Of a stretch of 32,000 nucleotides of DNA, positions 10,397 through 18,896 are shown piece after piece. The notes beneath the pieces were generated by a model. It saw only the letters and a program-made list of their open reading frames with translations. It was not told the origin of the DNA and ran no database searches. Source of the DNA: an uncultured Chloroflexia bacterium. GTDB lineage: Bacteria; Chloroflexota; Anaerolineae; Anaerolineales; Anaerolineaceae. The position numbers were made by a program, and so were the translations under genes. Positions within the stretch are counted from its first letter, which is position 1. Every line of letters begins with the position of its first letter. The stretch spans positions 540,001 through 572,000 of the forward strand of contig OY969938.1 in NCBI GenBank assembly GCA_963704755.1, written 5' to 3'.

Positions 10397-11136
10397 ACGC
10401 CCGCGAATGGGCAGATCGCTTCGAACAGCAGGCCGGTTGGACGCGCGCCATGCGCCAATATCTGCTGCAAACCTTGCAACTGCCCGAAAGCCCGCGTATC
10501 CTCGAGGTTGGCTGCGGAACCGCGGCCGTGTTGAAAGAATTCGACCCGAAAAATACCCGGGCCTGGGGACTGGACCTGCGGCTGGATTACCTGCACCTGG
10601 CTCGCAAGATATTCCCGCAAGCATCTTATACCTGCGGTGACGTCGCCTATCTGCCCTATCGAAAGTCCGGCTTCGACCTGTGCTATTGCCATTATTTCTT
10701 GATGTGGGTCGATGCAACCCAAGCGTTGGCCGAGATGGGCCGGGTGACCCGCCCGGGCGGCGCCGTGCTGGCCCTGGCCGAGCCGGATTATGGTGGGCGT
10801 ATCGATACCCCCGCCGAACTGGCTGTGTTGGGCCAACAGCAAACCCTGGCGTTAGCCCGCCAGGGCGCCGATCCATCCAGCGGGCGCAAACTGGCTGCTC
10901 TTTTCCACCAGGCCGGCCTGGCGGACATTCAGGTGGGTGTCATTGGAGCCAACTGGTCCATGACCGGCCGGGCGGCTGAATCGGTGCTGGAATGGAGCGT
11001 CCTCCGGGCCGATCTGCAGGGCACATTTTCCCCTGCCGACCTGGATCGCCTGGAAGCCATCGACCGCCAGGCCTGGGCTGCCGGTGAGCGCATCCTCTAC
11101 GTGCCCACGTTTTACGCCGTCGGGCGCGTAAACTGA
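10393..11136 (+). CDS. class I SAM-dependent methyltransferase
   Basis: The ATG at 10393 overlaps the upstream stop (ATGA). Motif I RILEVGCGTAAV, acidic loop GLDL, and GDVAYLPYRKSGFDLCYC. The track ORF start at 10183 is a spurious extension. Confidence 0.8.
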   Translation: MNAREWADRFEQQAGWTRAMRQYLLQTLQLPESPRILEVGCGTAAVLKEFDPKNTRAWGLDLRLDYLHLARKIFPQASYTCGDVAYLPYRKSGFDLCYCHYFLMWVDATQALAEMGRVTRPGGAVLALAEPDYGGRIDTPAELAVLGQQQTLALARQGADPSSGRKLAALFHQAGLADIQVGVIGANWSMTGRAAESVLEWSVLRADLQGTFSPADLDRLEAIDRQAWAAGERILYVPTFYAVGRVN

Positions 11137-11160
11137 GCCAACGGAAATTGAGCAAAAAAC

Positions 11161-11189
11161 TTGCCAAAAGCAGGGATGTGGAATATAAT
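11161..11189 (+). promoter_or_regulatory. sigma70-type promoter for tRNA-Pro
   Basis: TTGCCA (11161-11166), 17-nt spacer, TATAAT (11184-11189), ending 13 nt before the mature tRNA 5' end. Confidence 0.55.
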
Positions 11190-11202
11190 ACCCAACGTTG
11201 TT

Positions 11203-11279
<77 letters not shown>

Positions 11280-11295
11280 AAGAAAATAACGAGAT

Positions 11296-11342
11296 TACAT
11301 AGAAGGACCTCTGCCCAAAAGGGCAGAGGTCCTTCTATGTAA
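11296..11342 (+). terminator. long perfect hairpin after tRNA-Pro (about 21-bp stem, AAAA loop)
   Basis: TTACATAGAAGGACCTCTGCCC-aaaa-GGGCAGAGGTCCTTCTATGTAA. No U-tract follows. Confidence 0.55.
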
Positions 11343-11470
11343 TCAAGACTGAAACTCGGAAATATTGCCTCGCTACACAGGTATAATCATCAGGTGGTTG
11401 ATCATACATGTTTTGCAGTTGCAGAGACACAACTTAGTTTTTTTATCTTTTTGGTGTAAAGGGGAATAAC

Positions 11471-12067
11471 ATGTTCGCATTTCTATTCGTTATCCTTGGG
11501 ATCGCTGCGCTGGTGGTTTGCCTGGCCAGTCTGATTGCCTTGCATTTCCTACCCACAGGTTACAACCCGATCCGCGACGCGGTTAGCGATTACGGTGTCG
11601 GCCGGTTTGCCTACCTGTATGGAATTCAGGCTTTCACTTCGGGGATCAGCGGAGCGTGCCTTCTGGCAATTCTTTTTATGAAGGGCACAGGATTGCCTAT
11701 CGTGGGGATGGTTGCGCTGGGCTGCTACGCGCTCTCGCGGATGGTGATCCCGGCCTTCCCGACCGATCTGCAACCTCAACGCACGACCAAAGGGATGGTA
11801 CACATGATCCTGGCAATGTTTACCTTCACCGGGATCGCTGTCGCGGCGTGGATACTAACCGGCCCCATGGTACAGGCGATGGGATGGGAAGAGATTGCGG
11901 GGATATTGTCGGCTGCTTCCATAATCACATACCTTTCAGCGATTGGCGTGATTATGGTATCTTTGCTTCGTTCCCTGCGGTCTATCTTTGGATTGGTCGA
12001 GCGTTGTATTTACGTAGGCACAATATTCTGGTTGGGGACCATTTTTATAAAGATGCTGATGGGTTAG
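11471..12067 (+). CDS. polytopic membrane protein, DUF998-like
   Basis: 198 aa, about 6 hydrophobic helices. The N-terminal motif YNPIRDAVSDYG resembles DUF998 proteins as I remember them. AGGGGA SD. Confidence 0.6.
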   Translation: MFAFLFVILGIAALVVCLASLIALHFLPTGYNPIRDAVSDYGVGRFAYLYGIQAFTSGISGACLLAILFMKGTGLPIVGMVALGCYALSRMVIPAFPTDLQPQRTTKGMVHMILAMFTFTGIAVAAWILTGPMVQAMGWEEIAGILSAASIITYLSAIGVIMVSLLRSLRSIFGLVERCIYVGTIFWLGTIFIKMLMG

Positions 12068-12157
12068 TTTTGTTTTTTTTTATAAGGTTATAAGGGTTCT
12101 GGTTCGGAATTTATTCGCTTACTTTTTATACAAGCACGCGCAGGTTAAAATCCTTCG

Positions 12158-12206
12158 CATCAATCAATAAAAGACTGCCCAGAATGCAGTCTTTTATTGA
12201 TTGATG
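12158..12206. terminator. 21-bp perfect hairpin between convergent genes (possible bidirectional terminator)
   Basis: CATCAATCAATAAAAGACTGC-ccagaat-GCAGTCTTTTATTGATTGATG. Confidence 0.5.
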
Positions 12207-12510
12207 TAGTTTTTCTTGGTCCAATCAACCAGGAAGTATTTTGAACCGAATCGGAATTTTTTCGCAATATGCACTCAAAGCCGCCCTGGTTTTGAGGTCA
12301 AGCCAAAACGGCAAAAAAACTATACCCATGGTGAAATTATGAGCGTGGCCGAGTTACGATCATTTTTACCAATATGGCGTATCGAACCGGGTAACATTCC
12401 CGTCTCCTGGATTCACCTTTGGCAATTACTATCCAGAATCGTTTCAACCAAAAATCCTATGCTTACCTTAAAAAAGGATATCCCCAAAAATGTTGCCGTC
12501 CACAAAAACC

Positions 12511-12933
12511 TTAGCTCAAGGCTTTGGCTTCCTCATTAAGTAGCTTTTCCTCATCTGTTTGCGGTACAAACTTGAGTCCGTGAGGCAGAGGCTTTCCGTC
12601 GAGAGTCACATGCACAAAGGTGATAAAACCTCGCACACAGGGTTTCTCATGAACCTTGACTTCGATATAAGATACGATCCTGGATCTACCGGTCAAGACG
12701 ATCCGGCTTGTAAATGTAACCAGGTCACCATTCTGTATCGGGTGGGTAAAAGCCATCCCATGAACTTTCAAGCAAACGATATTTTCCGGCTTGGTTTGTG
12801 AGGCGGCCGCAATAAAACCTGATTCGACAAACCATTCTGCTGTTCGCCCGGCAAATAAAGTCCCGTGGTGATTTAGGTCTTCCCCTTTTACCAATCGCAT
12901 CGTTGAATAAACCGGATACTGCGCTATTTCCAT
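12511..12933 (-). CDS. acyl-CoA thioesterase, hotdog fold (BFIT/YciA-like)
   Basis: 140 aa. LVKGEDLNHHGTLFAGRTAEWFVESGFIAA and VHGMAFTHPIQNGDLVTF match the acyl-CoA hydrolase hotdog pattern. Confidence 0.75.
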   Translation of the reverse strand: MEIAQYPVYSTMRLVKGEDLNHHGTLFAGRTAEWFVESGFIAAASQTKPENIVCLKVHGMAFTHPIQNGDLVTFTSRIVLTGRSRIVSYIEVKVHEKPCVRGFITFVHVTLDGKPLPHGLKFVPQTDEEKLLNEEAKALS

Positions 12934-12985
12934 TTCCTCTTCTCCAAATAATTCTATCTAACTGCTCAAGCTAACGAGCAAAAAT

Positions 12986-13040
12986 CCCGAATTTGAGGTG
13001 TTTGCGGGGGCGACATCCCCGCAAACACCTCAAATTCGGG
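12986..13040 (-). terminator. 24-bp perfect hairpin downstream of the transketolase-family gene
   Basis: CCCGAATTTGAGGTGTTTGCGGGG-gcgacat-CCCCGCAAACACCTCAAATTCGGG. A second 13-bp imperfect hairpin lies at 13066-13111. Confidence 0.5.
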
Positions 13041-13196
13041 AACATTTTACAGGGTAGCGAATAAATCCGAACAAGCCCTCAGCTACGTGGCTACGCACGG
13101 GCCTGTTCGGAGGGCCAGACAGAATCTTCCGTCCGACTTTACGCTCTTCTAAACCTCAAAAAAGCAGGTGGAAGAAAACCATACCCGTTCTGCAAT

Positions 13197-15551
13197 TTAA
13201 TCGAGTGCGTCTTCCACAGCAACTTTCAACTGATGCAGGCGCTTTTCGCGATCATTGACAAAACGTTTTAATCCTTCTAAAACCCATTCGGGGGATAAAT
13301 GCGCTTCATCCAAAACATCATCCAAACGGCCGCCCGTGCGCCAGCGGTCATCCCAATCAGAAGAGAGCGCATAATCCTCTCCGGTTTTTGTGTATAACCA
13401 ATCGTGCATCAACCAGCGTGCTTGAGTAGTGATCACCGTTGAATCCAATTCGTCGGCTGGTGAAATGACGTGACGACGATAGCCGGCGGATTGCAAAGCA
13501 AAAAGTTGTGGGCTGGTTGCGCAAACAATCTTGACGTTGAGCTGTAATTCATCCAACCTTGGCAACAGGGCCACGACCGAATTCATCGCACTCGTTCCCT
13601 GGACGATGACGGTGCCTCCGCGCGGTTGGCCCTCGCGATAATCACGGACGACGTATGCCCCTCGAGCAGCTTCAAAATGGGAAGGCATGCCCAACTTTAC
13701 CCGATCAGGTATCTCAATGGGTGGCCGCGTAAGGTGCAGAGCAATGATAGGCACATCCTGTTTGAGGGCTGCCCCCAGGAGCACGGGCACTTCATTGTGT
13801 TCCCAGGGATATAGATTGATGATCGAACCCCGCGGAAAGAGCTGTGTCACCCCGGGCGAAAAGACACCAAAGTGCGTGCGGCTGTCATCCGCCGTCTCGG
13901 GACCAGAATGTCCGGCAACCCAAATGACTTTGCCTAATTTCAACTGGCAATCCTGGCTCAACTGACTGAAAAGCCGGAACATACCATACTTGAGATAAGA
14001 AAAAGAGCCATAGGTGGAACAGGCTCCCCAAAAGCCATCGAATTCTTCTTCTGGATGAACCGAAAAGTTAACCGTCGCCAGGCCTGCCATGATTCCGGAA
14101 TTGGCGAATTCGGTAATTTCTTGAGGCAAAATCACGCCTTCGTGCTTGCCGAAACGTTCATACCACCCATAACCGGCAAAGTCATCAAAGCCGGCGCCGA
14201 AACCGCTAAGATTTGTCGAATTCGGCCAGGTCGGCAGAGGCCACCAAAAAGAGTGGGCGGTCATACTCTTTTGCGCCGAATGCATTTACCCAGGCTCCCC
14301 ATTTTGCCAGACCTGCCCGATTAGGTGCTTTTTCACCCGGCCTGGCGTAAAGTTGTTCAGGATAATGCTCAAAATCATATAAACGGGCATCTTGAAAGGG
14401 ATTTCCCTGCTTACCCAACTCGAACCCAGGTAACGCGGCTGGCACCTGATTGCCAATTTCAACCAGTGTATCTGCCAGAAAGTCGACGAGTGTCTGGTCT
14501 TTTCGTAATACTTCGATAACCGCGTTAAGGTTGGCCAGATATTCAGACTTCAAAGAAGTTTCATCTTTAGGGGTTTCGCCGCCAAAATTCACAAAACTGG
14601 CCCCATACTTATCGGCAAATTCTCGTTTTGTTTGCCAGAAAAGATCACTGTTCATTTTATGAGGTGCGCCGTGCGAGGCGTAATCGTACTTCAAATAACC
14701 ACGCCCTTTGCGTGTCTTCACCCAGACCGCATTGGGACGATGCTGCGGATTTTCCAAATGAACTGCCTTCAACAAAACCGTCGAGACACTGGCCCAATCA
14801 CTGCCATTTTCTGTACCGGTAACATTCCAGCCGTGAGCACCAAACCAGTCCTCCGGCGTACCATAGACCACCGAACTGACCGGATGACTGTCGATGCCAA
14901 AATCATTCCAATCGCAAACGAAATACAGGTTATCCAGCGCCAGGCCGTAAGCCGAGTTTAAGACTCGTGTACGCCCCCGGGTGTCATTCCTCCTTCGCCG
15001 TCGAAAGCGAAAACATTCACCTGGCCTGCTCCTGCCCGTTTGAGCGCCAGCGCTTCCCCCACAGCAGCCGGAGCGCCGTGGCCGGATGGACCGGTATTGA
15101 ACTTGAGGAATAACGTCTTTCCTTCCATCTCAGCGTGCCCGGAAAGGCCGCCGCGTTCGCGAAAGTTTACCAGATCCTCCCAATACAAGATGTGCTCTCG
15201 CGGCATACTGCTGGCATATTTCGGATCGCCCGTTTGCTCATATTTCAAGCGCATCGATTCATTTAATATCGCCAGGGTACAGTAAATAAGAGGCACAGTG
15301 TGCCCGCCGATCATAATGAAACGATCGCCAAAGCGCTTCTCTGGATCGCGGATATCCCACCGCATTACTCCCCCGAGCAGCGTGACCAAAAAGGCATGTA
15401 CTTTCGAACGTGATCCACCTGGGTGTCCGCTCTGCCGATAATTCAAGATGATGTCAATTAATTGGTCGATGATATCTTTTGTTTTCTCGAAATAGGTAAA
15501 ATTCGCCTCGCATGCTTCCAGGTTTTTTGGGTTAACCATCTTCGTGTCCAT
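13197..15551 (-). pseudogene. transketolase-family (ThDP-dependent) gene interrupted by two compensating frameshifts
   Basis: Three ORF fragments (15551-14958, 14871-14206, 14285-13197). Motifs are GHPGGS and the ThDP motif FDGEGGMTPGGVHES|(L)NSAYGLALDNLYFVCDWNDFGID, split at about 14958. The Pyr-domain motif ASADLAE|STNLSGFG is split at about 14215. Total span is 2355 nt = 785 codons, and the first and third fragments share a frame. AAGGAG SD lies 9 nt before the ATG at 15551. Confidence 0.75.
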
Positions 15552-15583
15552 AATGCTAATCTCCTTCAAGGTGGCCAGAGCCG

Positions 15584-16504
15584 CTAAACAAGCTGGTTCC
15601 AGGCGCTTTTCCAGGTTCGTTGAATATTGTCCAAAATCTGGTCCGTCGTTTCACCCGCTTGCGGTCGAACTTCAAATCCAACCCAAGGTAAATCTGTAAC
15701 GTCCGATTCTTCCTTCAAGTAACCAATCTCAAACAGAACTTCCAGAAAATGAGTTAATTCTCGCGTACCATTCACTCCCCCCGGATAATCAAAGGAGGGG
15801 TGCTTATCCCCATACGCTTCGAATTGGGGGTTTGTCACACAATTACCCAAATGCGCTTCTACCAGATAATCTTTAAGCAGCGGTAATGCCACATCCGGCG
15901 TTTCGCCTAAAAGCGGCATATGCCCCATATCATAAAGTAGGCCAAAATCGGGATAGCCCTTGCGCACCTGGTAAGCAAGTTGTCTGGCTTCATCAGAAGG
16001 GCCCACCAATGCGCATTTATCTACTGAACGATCGAAAATTTCGAGCACGAGGCGTATTCCCAAATTCTTAGCATAATTGCCCAGCACTTGCAAAGAATAT
16101 GCCAGCACCGTGTAGGCCTGGTCGCGCTTTTCAGCACCTGGGTCCTTGCCGGAAAGGAGTACGAAGCTTTCTGCCTGGAGCGAAGCGGCTTCATTCAATG
16201 CGGACTTGACCTTCGCCAGGCTGCGGTGAAGCGTCTCTTGCTCCAGGCTGTTCAGGTCGATCGACTGGCCTAGAATCAAAGGTTGGGCCCCCCAGCCCAA
16301 TTTGAAGCCATTCTCACCAGCAACCCGGGCAAATTCAAGCCGGGCCTTTGGATCATTGATCTGGCCAACTTCCAACGCATCAAAGAAATCGAGCTTTGCC
16401 AGCTTTTCTACAGAGCCTGTGAAGTCCCCTTCGCCAGCCTGCAATTCCGGAAATGCCATGAAGTGAACCAGGCTTAGTGTGCAGATTTCTTTCCAGTTTC
16501 TCAC
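15584..16504 (-). CDS. sugar phosphate isomerase/epimerase (xylose isomerase-like TIM barrel) family protein
   Basis: 306 aa, GTG start. The alternating beta/alpha pattern and conserved acidic/His positions (LVLEIFD, LYDMGH, EAHLGN) resemble the AP_endonuc_2/xylose isomerase-like fold. Confidence 0.6.
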   Translation of the reverse strand: MRNWKEICTLSLVHFMAFPELQAGEGDFTGSVEKLAKLDFFDALEVGQINDPKARLEFARVAGENGFKLGWGAQPLILGQSIDLNSLEQETLHRSLAKVKSALNEAASLQAESFVLLSGKDPGAEKRDQAYTVLAYSLQVLGNYAKNLGIRLVLEIFDRSVDKCALVGPSDEARQLAYQVRKGYPDFGLLYDMGHMPLLGETPDVALPLLKDYLVEAHLGNCVTNPQFEAYGDKHPSFDYPGGVNGTRELTHFLEVLFEIGYLKEESDVTDLPWVGFEVRPQAGETTDQILDNIQRTWKSAWNQLV

Positions 16505-16512
16505 ATTTACCT

Positions 16513-17229
16513 TCAGTCGTCCTTGACAGCGGCGCCCAGATAGGCCGCCTTGACTTTTTCGTCGCGGACCAGGTCGTTGCCGGCTCCTTCGATCACGATC
16601 GAGCCGTTTTCAAGTACGTAAGCGTAATCGGCCATCTTCAAGGCAATCGACGCATTTTGTTCCACCAGAATGACGGTCATATTGCGTTCGTGATTAAGGG
16701 TCTTGACCAGATCGAACACCTGGGTAAAGATGATCGGGGCCAGGCCCAAAGAAGGTTCGTCCAAAAGCAGCACTTTCGGGCCCGCCATCAAACCACGGCC
16801 CATGGCCAACATCTGCTGTTCCCCGCCAGAAAGTGTGCCGGCCTGCTGATTGCGACGCTCTTTTAGTTTGGGAAATATGCTAAACACTTCTTCACGCCGT
16901 TCATTTAATACGCTAGAAGAAGCATGATAGCCGCCCATGATCAGGTTTTCATTAATGGTAAGAGAAGGAAAGATATGGCGCCCTTCAGGAACCTGAATAA
17001 TACCCGTCGTGACCACTTTGTGTGGGGCGCTGGGTATTTTCTTCCCGTCCATCGTGATGCTGCCGGCGCGCAACTTGACCAGCCCGGAGATGGTATTCAG
17101 CAAGGTGGATTTGCCGGCGCCGTTACGGCCAATCACGACCACGATCTTGCCGTCAGGCACGGTGATATTAATATCGTGCAAAACTTCAATCTTGTTATAA
17201 CCCGAGCGGAGATCCTTGATTTCAAGCAT
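16513..17229 (-). CDS. livF: branched-chain amino acid-type ABC transporter ATP-binding protein (LivF-like)
   Basis: Start MLEIKDL at 17229 overlaps the livG stop (ATGCTTGA). Walker A GRNGAGKST, signature LSGGEQQML, Walker B LLLDEPS. The track start at 17373 is a spurious extension. Confidence 0.85.
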   Translation of the reverse strand: MLEIKDLRSGYNKIEVLHDINITVPDGKIVVVIGRNGAGKSTLLNTISGLVKLRAGSITMDGKKIPSAPHKVVTTGIIQVPEGRHIFPSLTINENLIMGGYHASSSVLNERREEVFSIFPKLKERRNQQAGTLSGGEQQMLAMGRGLMAGPKVLLLDEPSLGLAPIIFTQVFDLVKTLNHERNMTVILVEQNASIALKMADYAYVLENGSIVIEGAGNDLVRDEKVKAAYLGAAVKDD

Positions 17230-18004
17230 TGTTGATCTCCTCCCCCAAATAAGCTTTAATAACCACAGGGTCTTTTTGAATCTGTTCAGGAGTGCCCTGA
17301 GCGATGTTTTTGCCAAAGTCTTGCACGTAAATCCATTTGCACAGGCGCATAATGACATCCATCCGATGGTCAATCAGCATGATCGAAAGCGACAGTTCTT
17401 CGTGCAAGGCCTGGATCAGGTCAACGAGATCACAAACTTCCGACTGGTTGAGGCCGGCGCCCGGCTCATCCAGCAGAAGTACACAGGGCTCACTGGCCAG
17501 GGCCCGGGCAATTTCAACACGGCGCTGCATGCCATACGGCAAAGATTGCGCGATCAAATTCGCCTGCGGAGTCAGGCCCACTTTTTTAAGTAAACGCATG
17601 CTCTTCTCGCGAATTTCTTTTTCGAACCGGCTTACCCGCGGCAATGAAAGCATCGTTTCCAACACGCTATAAGGAGCGCGCCATGAATAAGCCGTCATCA
17701 CAGTTTCCAAGACGGTCATATCCTGAAACAGGCGAATGTTCTGAAAAGTTCGGGCAATGCCCATGTGATTGATCTTTTCAGGTTCGAGGCGGGAAATTTC
17801 CCGATCCTTGAAGATCACCGATCCGCTCGTAGGAGGGATAATGCCCAACACCATATTCATAATGGTTGTTTTACCTGCGCCGTTAGGGCCGATGATGCCA
17901 ATGATCTGGTTCTTGCACAGATTTCCAGAAAAATCACTGACCGCACACAGACCGCCAAACACCTTGGTGAGATTTTTGATCTCAACGACGACGGAGTTAT
18001 CCAT
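17222..18004 (-). CDS. livG: branched-chain amino acid-type ABC transporter ATP-binding protein (LivG-like)
   Basis: 260 aa. Walker A GPNGAGKTT, signature LPYGMQRRVEIARAL, Walker B VLLLDEPGAG, and a LivG-type C-terminal extension. Confidence 0.85.
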   Translation of the reverse strand: MDNSVVVEIKNLTKVFGGLCAVSDFSGNLCKNQIIGIIGPNGAGKTTIMNMVLGIIPPTSGSVIFKDREISRLEPEKINHMGIARTFQNIRLFQDMTVLETVMTAYSWRAPYSVLETMLSLPRVSRFEKEIREKSMRLLKKVGLTPQANLIAQSLPYGMQRRVEIARALASEPCVLLLDEPGAGLNQSEVCDLVDLIQALHEELSLSIMLIDHRMDVIMRLCKWIYVQDFGKNIAQGTPEQIQKDPVVIKAYLGEEINNA

Positions 18005-18873
18005 TACTCTACCTCCTCGACTGCTTTTTTCTGCTTGAAAAGACGCACGAGAGGCTTCAGTGAAAGTTCCCAGGTACCGAAGAGACCACGTGGGCGCAAA
18101 TTGATGATGAGCAGAATGATGACACAGTAGATTAATGTGCTCCAGGCCGAGGTAAATCGCAAGACTTCCGGCATGGCCAGCAATAGCAAGCTACCGATCA
18201 CGGTACCGGTCAAGCTATCCCGGCCGCCAAAGAAGACGATGATGATCCAGGTAACTGAGGTCATCCAGCCGTACATGGCGGGCTCGACATATTGCGTATG
18301 GAAGGCCATGAGGGCACCAGCGTAGGCGGCAAAGACCGCTGAAATGATGAAAATGATTATCTTGTGCCGAAACACGTTAATTCCGGCCACCTTGGCTGCC
18401 AATTCATTGCTGCGAATGGCCAGGCTATCCCGGCCAAAGTGAGAGCGGCGTAGACCCCACACAAACGTAATCGCGACTGCCAGTGAGATAAAGGCCAGTG
18501 CAGGCGTGGTGTACTCAGGAATATTCGAGAAGCCCATCGCACCGCCGGTGACATTGACCGTCTGGGTCAAAATGCCGATCACGGCCTGGCCGAACCCAAA
18601 AGTTACCAGGGCGAAGAAGTCCTGCCGAATTTTGAGCGTCGCCAGTCCAACCAGGGTCGCCATAATGATGGTAATACCAGTGCTGATCAAAATAGCCACA
18701 GGTAGAGGCATTCCATAATTAACGACACAGATCGCAGAAACATACGCCCCGAGGCCCATAAACGCAGCCTGCCCTAATGAGAACAAGCCGTTCATCCCGG
18801 TCAACATGAAGGTACCGAGAACAGCGATCGAGCTTACAGCAATTGCCAGGCTTACAGTCAGATAAAAAGTCAT
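18004..18873 (-). CDS. livM: branched-chain amino acid-type ABC transporter permease (LivM-like)
   Basis: 289 aa polytopic protein. LFSLGQAAFMGLGAY and IRSNELAAKVAGINV are typical of the family. 1-nt overlap with livG (TAATG). Confidence 0.85.
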   Translation of the reverse strand: MTFYLTVSLAIAVSSIAVLGTFMLTGMNGLFSLGQAAFMGLGAYVSAICVVNYGMPLPVAILISTGITIIMATLVGLATLKIRQDFFALVTFGFGQAVIGILTQTVNVTGGAMGFSNIPEYTTPALAFISLAVAITFVWGLRRSHFGRDSLAIRSNELAAKVAGINVFRHKIIIFIISAVFAAYAGALMAFHTQYVEPAMYGWMTSVTWIIIVFFGGRDSLTGTVIGSLLLLAMPEVLRFTSAWSTLIYCVIILLIINLRPRGLFGTWELSLKPLVRLFKQKKAVEEVE

Positions 18874-18896
18874 GTAAATATCCTTATCCTCCGTGG

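Noticed and set aside
12216-12539. 107-aa plus-strand ORF in the gap before the thioesterase
   Set aside because: It has no SD, an atypical composition, no recognisable motif, and overlaps the thioesterase 3' end. I treat 12207-12510 as non-coding or degenerate DNA, though a small real gene cannot be excluded.
14950-14965. Programmed ribosomal frameshifting as the explanation for the five frame breaks
   Set aside because: No slippery heptamers, no prfB-like SD-plus-stop context, and no downstream pseudoknots are visible. The sites are unrelated to one another, so indel error or mutation is simpler.
17230-17373. Long N-terminal extensions in the ORF track (livF 17373, DRE-TIM 24852, 2Fe-2S 27195, livH 19839)
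   Set aside because: Each extension overlaps the upstream gene. An internal start with an SD or stop-start overlap gives the family-typical N-terminus.
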